A DNA stretch of 63,929 nucleotides, the filler included, from Octopus bimaculoides (lineage: Eukaryota): the NCBI RefSeq assembly GCF_001194135.2. It is 5 parts of 5 records of this genome, joined end to end, with 100 filler letters (N's around TTAATTAATTAA, not from the genome) between each part and the next. Parts side by side here need not be neighbours in the genome. Positions count along the whole stretch, not along the records: positions 24,805 to 55,410 come from NC_068988.1; 4 more parts are not named here. One strand, written 5' to 3'. Positions 25,032 through 37,491 of this stretch are shown here, piece by piece. The notes under the pieces are model-generated. The model saw nothing but the letters and a program-made list of their open reading frames with translations, ran no database searches and was not told where the DNA came from. Within the stretch, counting starts at the first letter, position 1. The number at the start of each line of letters is the position of its first letter. The translations under genes were made by a program, and so were the position numbers.

Positions 25032-26289
25032 TATATACTAGACTTCCGGTCAGGTTGGTATATAAACAAAAAAAAAACAAAAAAAAAACAGACATGATTT
25101 AAACACTTTTAGTGAAAGAAGTCGTGATGAGAGCAAAAGAATTTTACACACAGGTTATACGAGATGAAGAATCTGCAGTTCTTTATTTTTAGATGATTAA
25201 GTCACTCCTCTAATTATAATTGCAAATCTATAACAAAATTTTGAATATAGATCACAAACTAGTCTAGATTTAAGTTGCTGTAGATCACAATGGCATGTAG
25301 ATGACATACTACACCGGCACCCAACATTAAATATGTATTTGATTCTCTTTTGAATTATGAAACTGATAAATGCCACAGCCTGTTTTCGGTAATAAGATCT
25401 CAGGGGAATTAAGAAACACGATCTAGTTTGAATGAATCTTTGTGTTTTTGATAACGGTAAAAGATTTTGAGCGACTGAAGATAATCTGGAATTGTCACGA
25501 GTTTGTGGTGCTTCTGATATTTCATGCTATTATCTTTGCAGAAGATATAGTTGATGTGGTCAGAATGGGAATGATATGTATACAATTCGAGTTGACGAGG
25601 AGCTAACAAGGAAGCCTATATACGGTTACTCGATTTGTTTGAAACAATAGCCAACCTCCTTCGGTTGAAATATTTAGCATTCTGCAAAATAAAGACAAAA
25701 AAAAACAATGCGTTCACGCTGGACAATTTCGTCTCAGTTATATATAAAAAAGACGATATGGTCACGTCAGGAAAGGATTTGATCATAGATCTACGCGATC
25801 AGAGCTGGCTTGGAGTTAAACAACGGCTACAACAATTGCAACTGGTATAACTAGTATATTTCTATCATTTATCATTCACTTGCATTAATCATTGGATTGC
25901 AGCCATGTTTAGGCTCCATCTCGAAGGGTTTTGTCGATCAAATCGACCCCAGTATATATTTTTAAGTATGGTACCTCTTTTATCGGTCACTTTTGATGCA
26001 TCGCTATGAGACGTGGACGTTAACAAACTAACTCCGGTTGTGAAACAACGGAGGAGGAACAAACCAAGTATACACACACATACATGACAGGTTTCGCACA
26101 CATACATGACAGGCTTCTACACAGTTTCCGTCAACCAAATTTGTTCAAAAGACATTGGTCTACGCAGTACTTGACTTCTACTTATTTTAACGATCCCGAA
26201 TGGATGAAATCTATAATCGACTTCGGCAGAATTTGAACTCAGAACGCAAAGAGTAGGAAAATTCCGTATTTATATTCTTTTCTAATCTA

Positions 26290-26485
26290 GGCACAAAGCC
26301 CGAAATTTTGGGGGAGGGGACTAGTCGATTAGATCGACTCCAGTACGCAAATTGTACTTAATTTATCGACCCCGAAAGGATGAAAAGCAAAGTCGACCGC
26401 GGCGGAATTTGAACTCAGAACGTAGCGACAGACGAAATACCGCCAAGCATTTCGCCCAGCGTGCTAACATTTCTGCCAGCTCCCA
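26290..26485 (-). mobile_element. SINE family B, young CpG-rich copy
   Basis: Reverse-complement match, with a partial extra monomer at about 26170-26250. Confidence 0.88.
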
Positions 26486-28474
26486 GCCTTTCCAGTATTT
26501 GTATTAACGCTGCTGATACACTGCTCTCGTTCTCCAAAGACGAATAGTGCTCTTGAAATCTAGACATGTCACCTGAAGAACTACCTCTGGCGGAAGTTCG
26601 AAATCTACCAGAGACAAAAAAATGAATGAATAAAAAATTATCCAAGTGTTTAAAAGTAAAGAACTATTAAATTCAATATTCTGTTACACATATACTGTAA
26701 CATATTAAATATTGCCCCCCCCCTCCTTCCACGCACACCATATATACGTAAAGAGAGAGAACAGGGGGTAGGGAGAGAACAAAAGTAATATATTCTAAGC
26801 AGAGGCAAGAACACAATGAATCGAGTTGGAGTGTACTGAGAAAGTAATGAGTATCATGGTGAAAGAGGATTTGGTTTCTGATTATTTGGGTACTCTTCAT
26901 GTTCTACTTCATCGAGAAGTTGACCTGTTAGGCAAAATCTTTATCTAGGTACACTTCAAGGTAGAAGACTTTCAAACAAAACACGAAACGACTTTGTCTC
27001 AATTTTCCACTGGCCGCCAGTTTANNNNNNNNNNNNNNNNNNNNNNNNNNNNNNNNNNNNNNNNNNNNNNNNNNNNNNNNNNNNNNNNNNNNNNNNNNNN
27101 NNNNNNNNNNNNNNNNNNNNNNNNNNNNNNNNNNNNNNNNNNNNNNNNNNNNNNNNNNNNNNNNNNNNNNNNNNNNCACCACTTGACCCTTTCTAACCTC
27201 TTCTACTCCATCAAAATCTAGAATAGAGATAACAAGACCACCAGCTAAATCCATTGTTCTCAGTAATATATCTATCCTTCTAGATAGCTATAAAAACAGG
27301 AGACCCCAAGCCAAACAGTCAGTAGTCACTTGGGGACACAGAGCGAAGTAACTAGTGACAACTCAATTAGTTAGGGAACGGTCATCTACAGATATAGTCA
27401 CAAGCAGGCAACCACCTAAAGACAAAACGACCAAAGGGAGAAAGAAGTTTACAACCAGCCAACTATGAGACACAACTTCCCTTGACTCTATAACTATCAC
27501 TAGCTCGCATTCTTTTCTCAGTAACATTACCCTATCTTTATCTATATATACTACTATGAGAAAGTGTACATACATATACAGGCCAAAATCAACTTCCTTT
27601 ACTTTGCATGTTTTACGTACAAACTGTTATACTATTACACTAACCTACCCGTCGTGGTATGGCATTTATTAGAGTAACGGTAAATAAATATTTCTATAAA
27701 AATTTCGATCACTCTTCATCGTTCATCTTATAACCTGTTACAATTGGTAAATAATACTTATCGTTACATATATATATATATAATCTTTAAAGTCAACTTG
27801 GGATCTTTCAGAACAATTATATTCAGATTGTTAACGCAAGTCCCAACATGTATGTATAATAAAGAGCGGTATGGTACATAATCGACGAATTAAAACGAAA
27901 TTTAAACGTTTTAAAAGCGAATAAATTATATAAAACTAGGCATGCACAGCAAGTGGTTGTCTTACGAAGTTTTTATCCATTAATCAATCGCAACGCTCCA
28001 CTAAGTTGATCTACAGCAGAGACAAGCGTGCTAAATCTGAAACTTGCTAACAACGTTGTTTGGGAATCTGGAGTCAGGTGTTTTCATTCCAACAGAAGCC
28101 CAATAAGCCTTTTGTTGTCTTAAGTTATACATACACACACGCGCACACAAACATGTACACGCATATACACGCGCACACACACACATAAATACGCACTCAC
28201 ACACACATATATACAAACAGAATCCACTACATTTCACAAACGCGTGTGTGCGTTCAATCGTACATACTCTCTCTCTCTCTCTGTCCGTCTATCTGCCTGT
28301 CTCTCGCTATCTCGCCCACACACACACACACACACATACACCCACAACCGCACACTTTACCCGTGCACTGGCGTTTGTAAGCCTTAACCCTTTACGGGCC
28401 TGTCCCCTTAGTGAGTTTTTTCAAGGATCGTGTCATGTCTCCACTTGTACTAACTTTCTCCTAGTTCCCTAGAC

Positions 28475-28779
28475 CAGGGGTTTTCAAACTGTGGTCCGCG
28501 GACCACAGGGGATCCGCAAGGACAAGACAGGGGGTCCGTGGAAAGCCAAGACAGGGTGTCCGTGCAAAGCCAAGTAAGCACATCCTTCTCACTAAGTATG
28601 TATTAAAAAAATCCTGTGTATAATTGACAATAAACTTATTTGCTAAATACTGTTAAATAAATAAATGTAAAAATATATGTTATTTTAAGCAAATATTTAT
28701 GTATAAATTTCATAAACGTTTATAAGGTAAAGCCTGAAATATAAAAGGGTCCGCAAGTCAAAAAGTTTGAAAACCCCTG
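28475..28779. mobile_element. hAT (Charlie-like) MITE, 305 bp
   Basis: Perfect 15-bp TIR CAGGGGTTTTCAAAC; 8-bp TSD CCCTAGAC/TCCTAGAC. Confidence 0.92.
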
Positions 28780-28899
28780 TCCTAGACCATCTGGTTAAAA
28801 TGTGGATAAGGGTGCTACACTGCCTGCAGAATGGCTTTTGTCGTTATTCGTTCACATTTTAGGGTTATTTAGGGTCGACCTGATCCCACTCTATTCATT

Positions 28900-29235
28900 G
28901 TCCTTGGTGGGCAAGCCCGTTTGTCTTCCCCTAGCAATCCTCCTGCGTTCAGTTGCAGACCCTTTGTGTTATAAACTCCCTCTTCTTTCTGGTATTGGTG
29001 TTTTTCCAATTCTTGGTGCTGTACTCGTCAAGTCCTGGTCGTCCTTGACAAATTACGCCACTCCTGGTGCTTCCGGTATGTTTCTGCCTTCTTCACAACT
29101 TCCTGAGGCTTCCGCATTTTGCTGCACTTTATGGTCTTGTTGAGCGTCTGATTCTCTCATTTTCAAAGAGAAGCAATGTTCTGATTCCTCTTGCCGTCAT
29201 GGCTTTGAATTCCTCCTCTACGTATGAAATTGGTA
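28900..29235 (-). mobile_element. Degenerate R4/Dong-like LINE fragment (post-RT region)
   Basis: IRRGGIQS...IKCSKMRKPQEVVKKAETYRK, frameshifted; weak similarity from recall. Confidence 0.4.
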
Positions 29236-29955
29236 GGCGGAGGAGTAGATAAAACATTGGACAACTGATCTAGGGATTGTTCTTTATGCTGCCTGTCTCG
29301 TTTCTCTATTTGTTTCTTTCGTTGTTTGCAAAAAAAGTTCGTTTTTCATGTTTTTGTATTTCATGTTCTCGTTTTTCATGTTGTTTACGTTTTTTGGCGT
29401 CCTGTACCCATATATGCATGTGTATATACATATATATATGTATGCACATGTATGTATGTANNNNNNNNNNNNNNNNNNNNNNNNNNNNNNNNNNNNNNNN
29501 NNNNNNNNNNNNNNNNNNNNNNNNNNNNNNNNNNNNNNNNNNNNNNNNNNNNNNNNNNNNNNNNNNNNNNNNNNNNNNNNNNNNNNNNNNNNNNNNNNNN
29601 NNNNNNNNNNNNNNNNNNNNNNNNNNNNNNNNNNNNNNNNNNNNNNNNNNNNNNNNNNNNNNNNNNNNNNNNNNNNNNNNNNNNNNNNNNNNNNNNNNNN
29701 NNNNNNNNNNNNNNNNNNNNNNNNNNNNNNNNNNNNNNNNNNNNNNNNNNNNNNNNNNNNNNNNNNNNNNNNNNNNNNNNNNNNNNNNNNNNNNNNNNNN
29801 NNNNNNNNNNNNNNNNNNNNNNNNNNNNNNNNNNNNNNNNNNNNNNNNNNNNNNNNNNNNNNNNNNNNNNNNNNNNNNNNNNNNNNNNNNNNNNNNNNNN
29901 NNNNNNNNNNNNNNNNNNNNNNNNNNNNNNNNNNNNNNNNNNNNNNNNNNNNNNG

Positions 29956-30709
29956 GTCACGTGATAGTGTTTTTCTAATGCTTCGCTGGAGCCTACCTTC
30001 AGTTATAAATAGCCTGCTAGATACCCAGCAAATTCGTCGCGCCTCAGATCCTAGATCTGGCTGGCGTTGACCACACACGCGTAACACAGCCAACCAGTTT
30101 CCAGCGACGACGTCAACACCATCGTACGACTACGAACTACAAGCATCGCCCCCGACGTCGCCAGCAGCAACACGACTCTACGTACTACCAGCATCGCCAC
30201 TAACGTCAACATGACTCTACACGTATACAAGCTACCACAGCTAACCGCGGCACTTCTCTCTTCGATCCTGTTTGTGCGATTCACCTTCGCCACGAAATAA
30301 CAGCCAAGAACCCAGCCTGCGAAGGACATCTGTATTCAAGAACCCGGCTTGGCATGGAAGCCCTAACATCACAACAAGTGATCGCTCTGCCCCACACGCC
30401 TTAACTTCTTATATACAGACACTTACCATTGTGTACTCTATGAACTGGTATCTTAAATTCTTATACGTGTTACTGACTTTTTTCTATCCGCTGTATCTCA
30501 CGCATACACATTCATGTATTACTTACACACAGTCTTTTGTTTACATGATGGCCTGTCTTTTAATGTGTTTTATTATGTCGCATTCACTCACACACAGACA
30601 TACAATTTAATGCTACAATAAATCTTACTGTTATTCATCTCATACGGTTGTGTTCCTATTGTTGTCCTTACTGGCATTTACGAATTCACCATGTTATCGA
30701 AGTATAACA
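29956..30709 (+). mobile_element. Solo-LTR-like sequence, left end in the gap
   Basis: CACGTG, TATAAAT at 30004, CpG-rich internal repeats, AATAAA at 30617, ends ...TAACA against (TA)n. Confidence 0.4.
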
Positions 30710-31111
30710 TATATATATCATTTGATATATTTTGTGTTCGATCGTGTGACGCGTTGAATAAAGGAGCCTGTTTTTCCATTCGTCACCATTTCTCCTTTTG
30801 GGTTTGCACGGTCGTTCTTACATATATATATATATATATATATATANNNNNNNNNNNNNNNNNNNNNNNNNNNNNNNNNNNNNNNNNNNNNNNNNNNNNN
30901 NNNNNNNNNNNNNNNNNNNNNNNNNNNNNNNNNNNNNNNNNNNNNNNNNNNNNNNNNNNNNNNNNNNNNNNNNNNNNNNNNNNNNNNNNNNNNNNNNNNN
31001 NNNNNNNNNNNNNNNNNNNNNNNNNNNNNNNNNNNNNNNNNNNNNNNNNNNNNNNNNNNNNNNNNNNNNNNNNNNNNNNNNNNNNNNNNNNNNNNNNNNN
31101 NNNNNNNTTAC

Positions 31112-31224
31112 CAGAAGCAACAGAGTGGCTCAAGGGCCGACAGTTTCGTGCGTTAGTACTTATCAAAGTTTGGTAAGTGCTTACGCACGAAACGTTCGGC
31201 TTTGGAGTCACTCTGTTATTTCTG
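31112..31224. ncRNA. 113-bp palindrome containing two back-to-back variant hammerhead cores (U3-A8)
   Basis: 55-bp arms, 44/55 identical. Minus: TTGATAA-GTAC-TAAC-GCAC-GAAA-CT-GTC (31166-31139). Plus: TTGGTAA-GTGC-TTAC-GCAC-GAAA-CG-TTC (31170-31197). Confidence 0.6.
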
Positions 31225-31379
31225 CTAATATTTATGTATATATATATATGAGTGTGTGTGTATGTGTGTTAATAGCAGTATCAGCACAAAGCAGTAATTA
31301 AGACTAAGCAAACTTTAGTTAAAATATGTTTGTGACATATTTCAGCTTCTTAGGGAAAATTCACTGCAGTTACCGTGGA

Positions 31380-31415
<36 letters not shown>

Positions 31416-31650
31416 ATGAAATATTCAAACACTGATATATATACACACACACACACATTCTATGTGCGTTACCAACACAATTAACCGTATTAAGTCTATG
31501 TTTTTGTTTCTTCTTTATCAAGCATGACCTAAGTCATTCTAAATTTGTTGCGCGTACGTAAGTTTTTTTTTTTTTTCAAAGCCATTAACATAATTATGAA
31601 ACAACTGCGTTTCGCCCAGACGATTCCGGTTGTTGTTTTACACATACCTT

Positions 31651-31664
31651 GTTGCTAAGGTTAC
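31651..31664 (-). promoter_or_regulatory. RFX X-box in the probable CCDC103 promoter/first exon
   Basis: GTAACCTTAGCAAC fits GTNRCC(N2)RGYAAC exactly; lies in a CpG-retaining patch 82 nt before a donor AAAG|GTATGT (31746|31747). Confidence 0.7.
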
Positions 31665-32143
31665 TGTCCCGCGCTGTAATGTTTATGGAGTTCGTACGCT
31701 ATATATGTTTCCTTAACGCATTCGCTCTGTTTAATATACGATAAAGGTATGTTCATTTCTGACAGTGTTAAAAAAAATTATGAAATACAAGAGTCGAATG
31801 AGGTGTTTTATGATTTTAAAATTTTACGCTTCCTGGCAGAAATTACAATTATCAAAGTTACGTTTGGCAAATAAATGCAGGTGTGATAAAAGCTTCTGAC
31901 AAGAGAATTTATTGATAACTTTCTCTCTCTTCCTACATTACTCTCTCTTTCTCTGTCTTTTCTCTCGCTCTTTTCTCTCGCTCTTTTCTCTCTTTCTCCC
32001 AGCTCTCTCCCGTCTCTCTCTCCCCCACTCTCTCTTATTCTTTCTTTTTCTTTCTCTTTCTCTCTTTCTTTTTCTCTCTCCTCTCTCTCTTCTCTCTCCC
32101 ACAGCTCTCTCTGTCTGCCTGCCTGTCTGCCTGTCTGTCTGTT

Positions 32144-32188
<45 letters not shown>

Positions 32189-33283
32189 AGAGTTTCTTGT
32201 CACTATATGTATGTATGTATGCATGTATGTGTGTATGTATGCATGTATGTATGTATGTATGCATGCATACATATATTGTGTGTATATATAATATATGATA
32301 TATATATATATATATATACTCTTTACTCNNNNNNNNNNNNNNNNNNNNNNNNNNNNNNNNNNNNNNNNNNNNNNNNNNNNNNNNNNNNNNNNNNNNNNNN
32401 NNNNNNNNNNNNNNNNNNNNNNNNNNNNNNNNNNNNNNNNNNNNNNNNNNNNNNNNNNNNNNNNNNNNNNNNNNNNNNNNNNNNNNNNNNNNNNNNNNNN
32501 NNNNNNNNNNNNNNNNNNNNNNNNNNNNNNNNNNNNNNNNNNNNNNNNNNNNNNNNNNNNNNNNNNNNNNNNNNNNNNNNNNNNNNNNNNNNNNNNNNNN
32601 NNNNNNNNNNNNNNNNNNNNNNNNNNNNNNNNNNNNNNNNNNNNNNNNNNNNNNNNNNNNNNNNNNNNNNNNNNNNNNNNNNNNNNNNNNNNNNNNNNNN
32701 NNNNNNNNNNNNNNNNNNNNNNNNNNNNNNNNNNNNNNNNNNNNNNNNNNNNNNNNNNNNNNNNNNNNNNNNNNNNNNNNNNNNNNNNNNNNNNNNNNNN
32801 NNNNNNNNNNNNNNNNNNNNNNNNNNNNNNNNNNNNNNNNNNNNNNNNNNNNNNNNNNNNNNNNNNNNNNNNNNNNNNNNNNNNNNNNNNNNNNNNNNNN
32901 NNNNNNNNNNNNNNNNNNNNNNNNNNNNNNNNNNNNNNNNNNNNNNNNNNNNNNNNNNNNNNNNNNNNNNNNNNNNNNNNNNNNNNNNNNNNNNNNNNNN
33001 NNNNNNNNNNNNNNNNNNNNNNNNNNNNNNNNNNNNNNNNNNNNNNNNNNNNNNNNNNNNNNNNNNNNNNNNNNNNNNNNNNNNNNNNNNNNNNNNNNNN
33101 NNNNNNNNNNNNNNNNNNNNNNNNNNNNNNNNNNNNNNNNNNNNNNNNNNNNNNNNNNNNNNNNNNNTAAGGAATGGAGAAAACGCATGTTATAATTGCA
33201 TACTTTATTCCTACATATGTTTCAAAGGATTACAACCTGTGTGATCCATAGGGATCTTTGATATTAAAATTGTAACCTTATAT

Positions 33284-33318
<35 letters not shown>

Positions 33319-33641
33319 TATATATATATATATATCAATTAGAAAATGGAGGATAATATGCTGAACCTAACTACTTGCAGACAGTGTATCCCGTTGAATT
33401 CATTAATTTAATTCATAGCTAAAGTGACAAAAAAAACCACAAAGTACAGGTGTTTATGACAAACCATGTTATTTTGCCAACCGGGTTTACAGATAGAAGT
33501 ACAAAGTACATAAAGAATTAGAGAATGAACAGAAGTTTAATCTTACAGTTGTTTCGGCCTAGCTTTGGCATGCTCCATTCTCTCCGAATAGTTCTTGCCA
33601 GAGTGATTAGTTTCTTTTATCTTCCAATCTTCCTTTTGCAG

Positions 33642-33790
33642 ATGACTTCTTATGATGCTGACAACCTTGACTTTAAATCCTTGGATAAGGAACTTAAAAC
33701 TGCTGTGGAACTAGACGAAAAATATTGGAGAGAAAATGATGCCAAATTTCGAGCTGTGAGACAGAAAGTTGCAAGTTATGAAGAATTTAG
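33642..33790 (+). CDS. CCDC103: CCDC103/DNAAF19 dynein-arm assembly factor, coding exon 1
   Basis: TTGCAG|ATG...; [50 protein letters not shown] matches the conserved N-terminus ([21 protein letters not shown]); donor AG|GTAATT, phase 2. Confidence 0.95.
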
Positions 33791-34196
33791 GTAATTGTTT
33801 GGATTTTGCGTTGTGGCATTCTGTGCTTTGCCTTTCTGAGTTGATAAAATGGTTCAGTAACTGAGTTTGGGGATTGATGGATTCAACCAAAACACCTCTC
33901 CTTCCATAAATGTATGGATGTCTGCCAGTGTTAGAGAATGTGACTGGCATCACCACTGCCACCATCACTACCACTACCACCACATTCATCATCATCATCA
34001 TCATCATCTTTATCATTGTTATTGTCGTTGCTGTCATCATTGTTATGTTATCCCACCACCATCATCATCATTGTCATCGTCATCATTATCATCATCACCT
34101 TTGCTGTAGAGAGCAAATTAAAATACCTTACAGCATTTAGTCTCATCTCTCTCTCTCTCTTTCTCTGAGTTTAAGTTTTTGTATATCATCCTTTAA

Positions 34197-34416
34197 CCCT
34201 TTTGTTACCATATTTCTGTTGAGACGCTGTATTTCTTTCAATTAATTTTAAATATAACAAAGAATTTAGTAAAATAACTTAGTTATCATTAAGCTAGTGT
34301 CAGGAACATAAATTGTGACTAAGGTTTGATGGAAGATTTTAATTCAGAACTTTTGCAAACAAGGCATTTGTACCAGAGAGCCAGAGACAGTTTCAGCCGG
34401 ATTGGTATCAAAATGG
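34197..34416. mobile_element. piggyBac-type MITE
   Basis: TTAA on both sides; TIR CCCTTTTGTTACCA vs CCATTTTGATACCA. Confidence 0.75.
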
Positions 34417-34871
34417 TTAAGAGGTCTACATAGTAATTAGCACCAAGTCCAAACCAAACAACTCACTCATTTATATTCTCCCCTCCACCCTATGAATTTG
34501 TGTCCCTGTGCTGGTGCCATAAATCATTAACCATTAATCATTAATATTCAACTTATTTGTTTCTATAAGTTTTTCTTTTTTACTATTTACACTCGATTTA
34601 GTCTTACCCTTGTCTTTAGTTAATTAAAATTTCTCATAAATTTTGCAAGTAAATCAATAGAATTATAGATATGAAATTGGTGAAATTTACCAATAATGGT
34701 AATTAATTTAAACTTCACTTCAAAGTCTTTGTATTTGCCCCTAGGCAGGACACATAACTCTGCTTGTCTCAGTTTTTCCTAGCCATAAATTCCTCTACTG
34801 CCAGTTTCTGGTTGAAGTATATAAAAGACATGCAGCTTTTAAAATTTACTTTAAAATAATTACATGTTTAA

Positions 34872-35093
34872 CTCTTTAACGTTCACATTCCTCTGTCGAA
34901 TGTAATTGCTTATTTATTCAGGCTGTTTTCAATTAAACATGCAATATTTCATAGCTTCAAGATTTCGATGATGTGATTGTTTAGTTTTTGAATGACATAG
35001 TAAGGTAAGATATGAGTGGTCAGATTTGGCTGGGTAGAGCATAAGGCAGGTGGAATATTTCGGGTAAATATGGCCTATTGAAATACTAAAGGG
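34872..35093. mobile_element. piggyBac-type MITE, second family
   Basis: TTAA|CTCTTTA...TAAAGGG|TTAA; related copy at about 58380-58577. Confidence 0.7.
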
Positions 35094-36136
35094 TTAAATG
35101 TTCCTGTCATTAGCCTTAGGTGATCTTTAATTCAGCAGAATTATGAACAAAGAAATGCAAGATCATTGCTGACCTGGGGTTAAAAAAAATACCAACAATT
35201 CTGTGGAGGAAGCCTCTCTGGAATTGCTCAATGTGCTAGTAGTAATAGCAGCTAACTCTCCCTCAAATCACACTTTAGTGTTTTTTTAGGAAGAGAGAAT
35301 GCATTGGACAATGCTGTCCTTGATGAGATTGCCATGGCTAGAACTCCTTGGATTATAAGTCCTCTCTCAGTCAAGACTGACGATAGGCTAAACAACAACA
35401 ACAACAATAAACACTACATTTTATTTTATTTTTTATCTTATTTATTTTTTAATATGTTATGGTATGAAGCCATTAAAGTGAGTTCCGTGATAATTCCGAA
35501 GTCCTACAACATAAACACGAGAGATAAGAATAATGAACTACTTCTCAAATTACAAATTATGTATTTATTGCTCAAGTCATGAAAGGCTTTCTCTGGTCAT
35601 CCTTGGCATACAAAAAGAAAAAAAAAAAAAGAAAAAATCAGAAAGATAATTTCTTGCAGACATATTTTTGCAAAGATAAAAATTAAGAGTAAATCCTATT
35701 TACATAGAAATATTGTTTTAATCAAGTAAATTATATGTATATGTGGATATATCTAATTCTACACACACACACTCACACAGCATGTGGTCTTAGGTTCAAT
35801 CCCAGTGCAACACCTTGGGCAATCTTTTTACTGTTTTTTCAAACTGACCAATGCCTTGTGAGTGAAATTGGTAGACAGAAACTCCATGCAAGTTTGTATT
35901 GTATGCAAATTCGATCAACGGTTGTGTTAACCTTATGAAGGAATGCTTTCATCCAAGGAAATACTGGTTCAATTCCTAATATTTTTGGGAGAATTAATTT
36001 CTTTAAAATAATAGGTATATATAGGTATATAAAAACATATGGTCTGTTATAATGAATCCATAAGCACATACAAAACCCATTGTGGTCATGCTGGAACACC
36101 ACCGTGGTCTTTCTGATTTCTTCAGTCTGGGGTGTT

Positions 36137-36358
36137 TCACATCACCACTCTTGCATGTCCCTTTTTCCCCGCTGTTGGCCTGTTTGGTGTATAAGGGAGT
36201 TGTTGGGCTGTTGGTTCATCTGGTATTATGGAGAGGAGGATGTCTAGTTCCTTTTTGAAGATATCTACTTCCACCTTATGCAGATCTCTTAATTTTTGTG
36301 GCAGGGCATTGAAGAGCTGTGGGCCTTTGAACCCTAGATTATTGCAGTACCTGGTCCA
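36137..36358 (-). mobile_element. CR1-like LINE ORF2 C-terminus
   Basis: LGFKGPQLFNALPQKLRDLHKVEVDIFKKELDILLSIIPDEP. Confidence 0.8.
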
Positions 36359-36377
36359 ATATGTGTGTGTGTGTGTG

Positions 36378-36551
36378 TATTAGACAGGATGAGATAACAA
36401 AGCCAAAGCTGTGGGGAGTTTCCAGGACATTTATAATGAGATAATCTTACAGCTGTTTCTGGGATATTATGGATATCCCTTCATCAGAGACGGTGTGAGA
36501 AAATATCTGAGTCCTCACAGCCTTGGCTTTGTTATCTCATTCTGTCTAATA
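36378..36551. mobile_element. 174-bp inverted-repeat mini-element enclosing a hammerhead ribozyme
   Basis: 39-bp inverted arms 36378-36416 and 36513-36551, flanked by microsatellite. Confidence 0.8.
36445..36490 (-). ncRNA. Minimal type I hammerhead ribozyme
   Basis: TCT-CTGATGA-A-GGGATAT-CCATA-ATATCCC-A-GAAA-CAGCTG-TA^AGA: 7-bp stem II, palindromic ACAGCTGT stem III, GUA triplet, 3-bp stem I. Confidence 0.85.
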
Positions 36552-37438
36552 TACATATAAGCATGCTTCTCATTCTGTTTGATATATATATATATATNNN
36601 NNNNNNNNNNNNNNNNNNNNNNNNNNNNNNNNNNNNNNNNNNNNNNNNNNNNNNNNNNNNNNNNNNNNNNNNNNNNNNNNNNNNNNNNNNNNNNNNNNNN
36701 NNNNNNNNNNNNNNNNNNNNNNNNNNNNNNNNNNNNNNNNNNNNNNNNNNNNNNNNNNNNNNNNNNNNNNNNNNNNNNNNNNNNNNNNNNNNNNNNNNNN
36801 NNNNNNNNNNNNNNNNNNNNNNNNNNNNNNNNNNNNNNNNNNNNNNNNNNNNNNNNNNNNNNNNNNNNNNNNNNNNNNNNNNNNNNNNNNNNNNNNNNNN
36901 NNNNNNNNNNNNNNNNNNNNNNNNNNNNNNNNNNNNNNNNNNNNNNNNNNNNNNNNNNNNNNNNNNNNNNNNNNNNNNNNNNNNNNNNNNNNNNNNNNNN
37001 NNNNNNNNNNNNNNNNNNNNNNNNNNNNNNNNNNNNNNNNNNNNNNNNNNNNNNNNNNNNNNNNNNNNNNNNNNNNNNNNNNNNNNNNNNNNNNNNNNNN
37101 NNNNNNNNNNNNNNNNNNNNNNNNNNNNNNNNNNNNNNNNNNNNNNNNNNNNNNNNNNNNNNNNNNNNNNNNNNNNNNNNNNNNNNNNNNNNNNNNNNNN
37201 NNNNNNNNNNNNNNNNNNNNNNNNNNNNNNNNNNNNNNNNNNNNNNNNNNNNNNNNNNNNNNNNNNNNNNNNNNNNNNNNNNNNNNNNNNNNNNNNNNNN
37301 NNNNNNNNNNNNNNNNNNNNNNNNNNNNNNNNNNNNNNNNNNNNNNNNNNNNNNNNNNNNNNNNNNNNNNNNNNNNNNNNNNGTGTGTGCATACATATAT
37401 GTGTATTTATGTATATATGAATATGTATATATATATGC

Positions 37439-37491
<53 letters not shown>

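Noticed and set aside
26830-27570. Second solo LTR bounded by AGTGTAC repeats
   Set aside because: Ends and TSD are ambiguous and the interior is gapped
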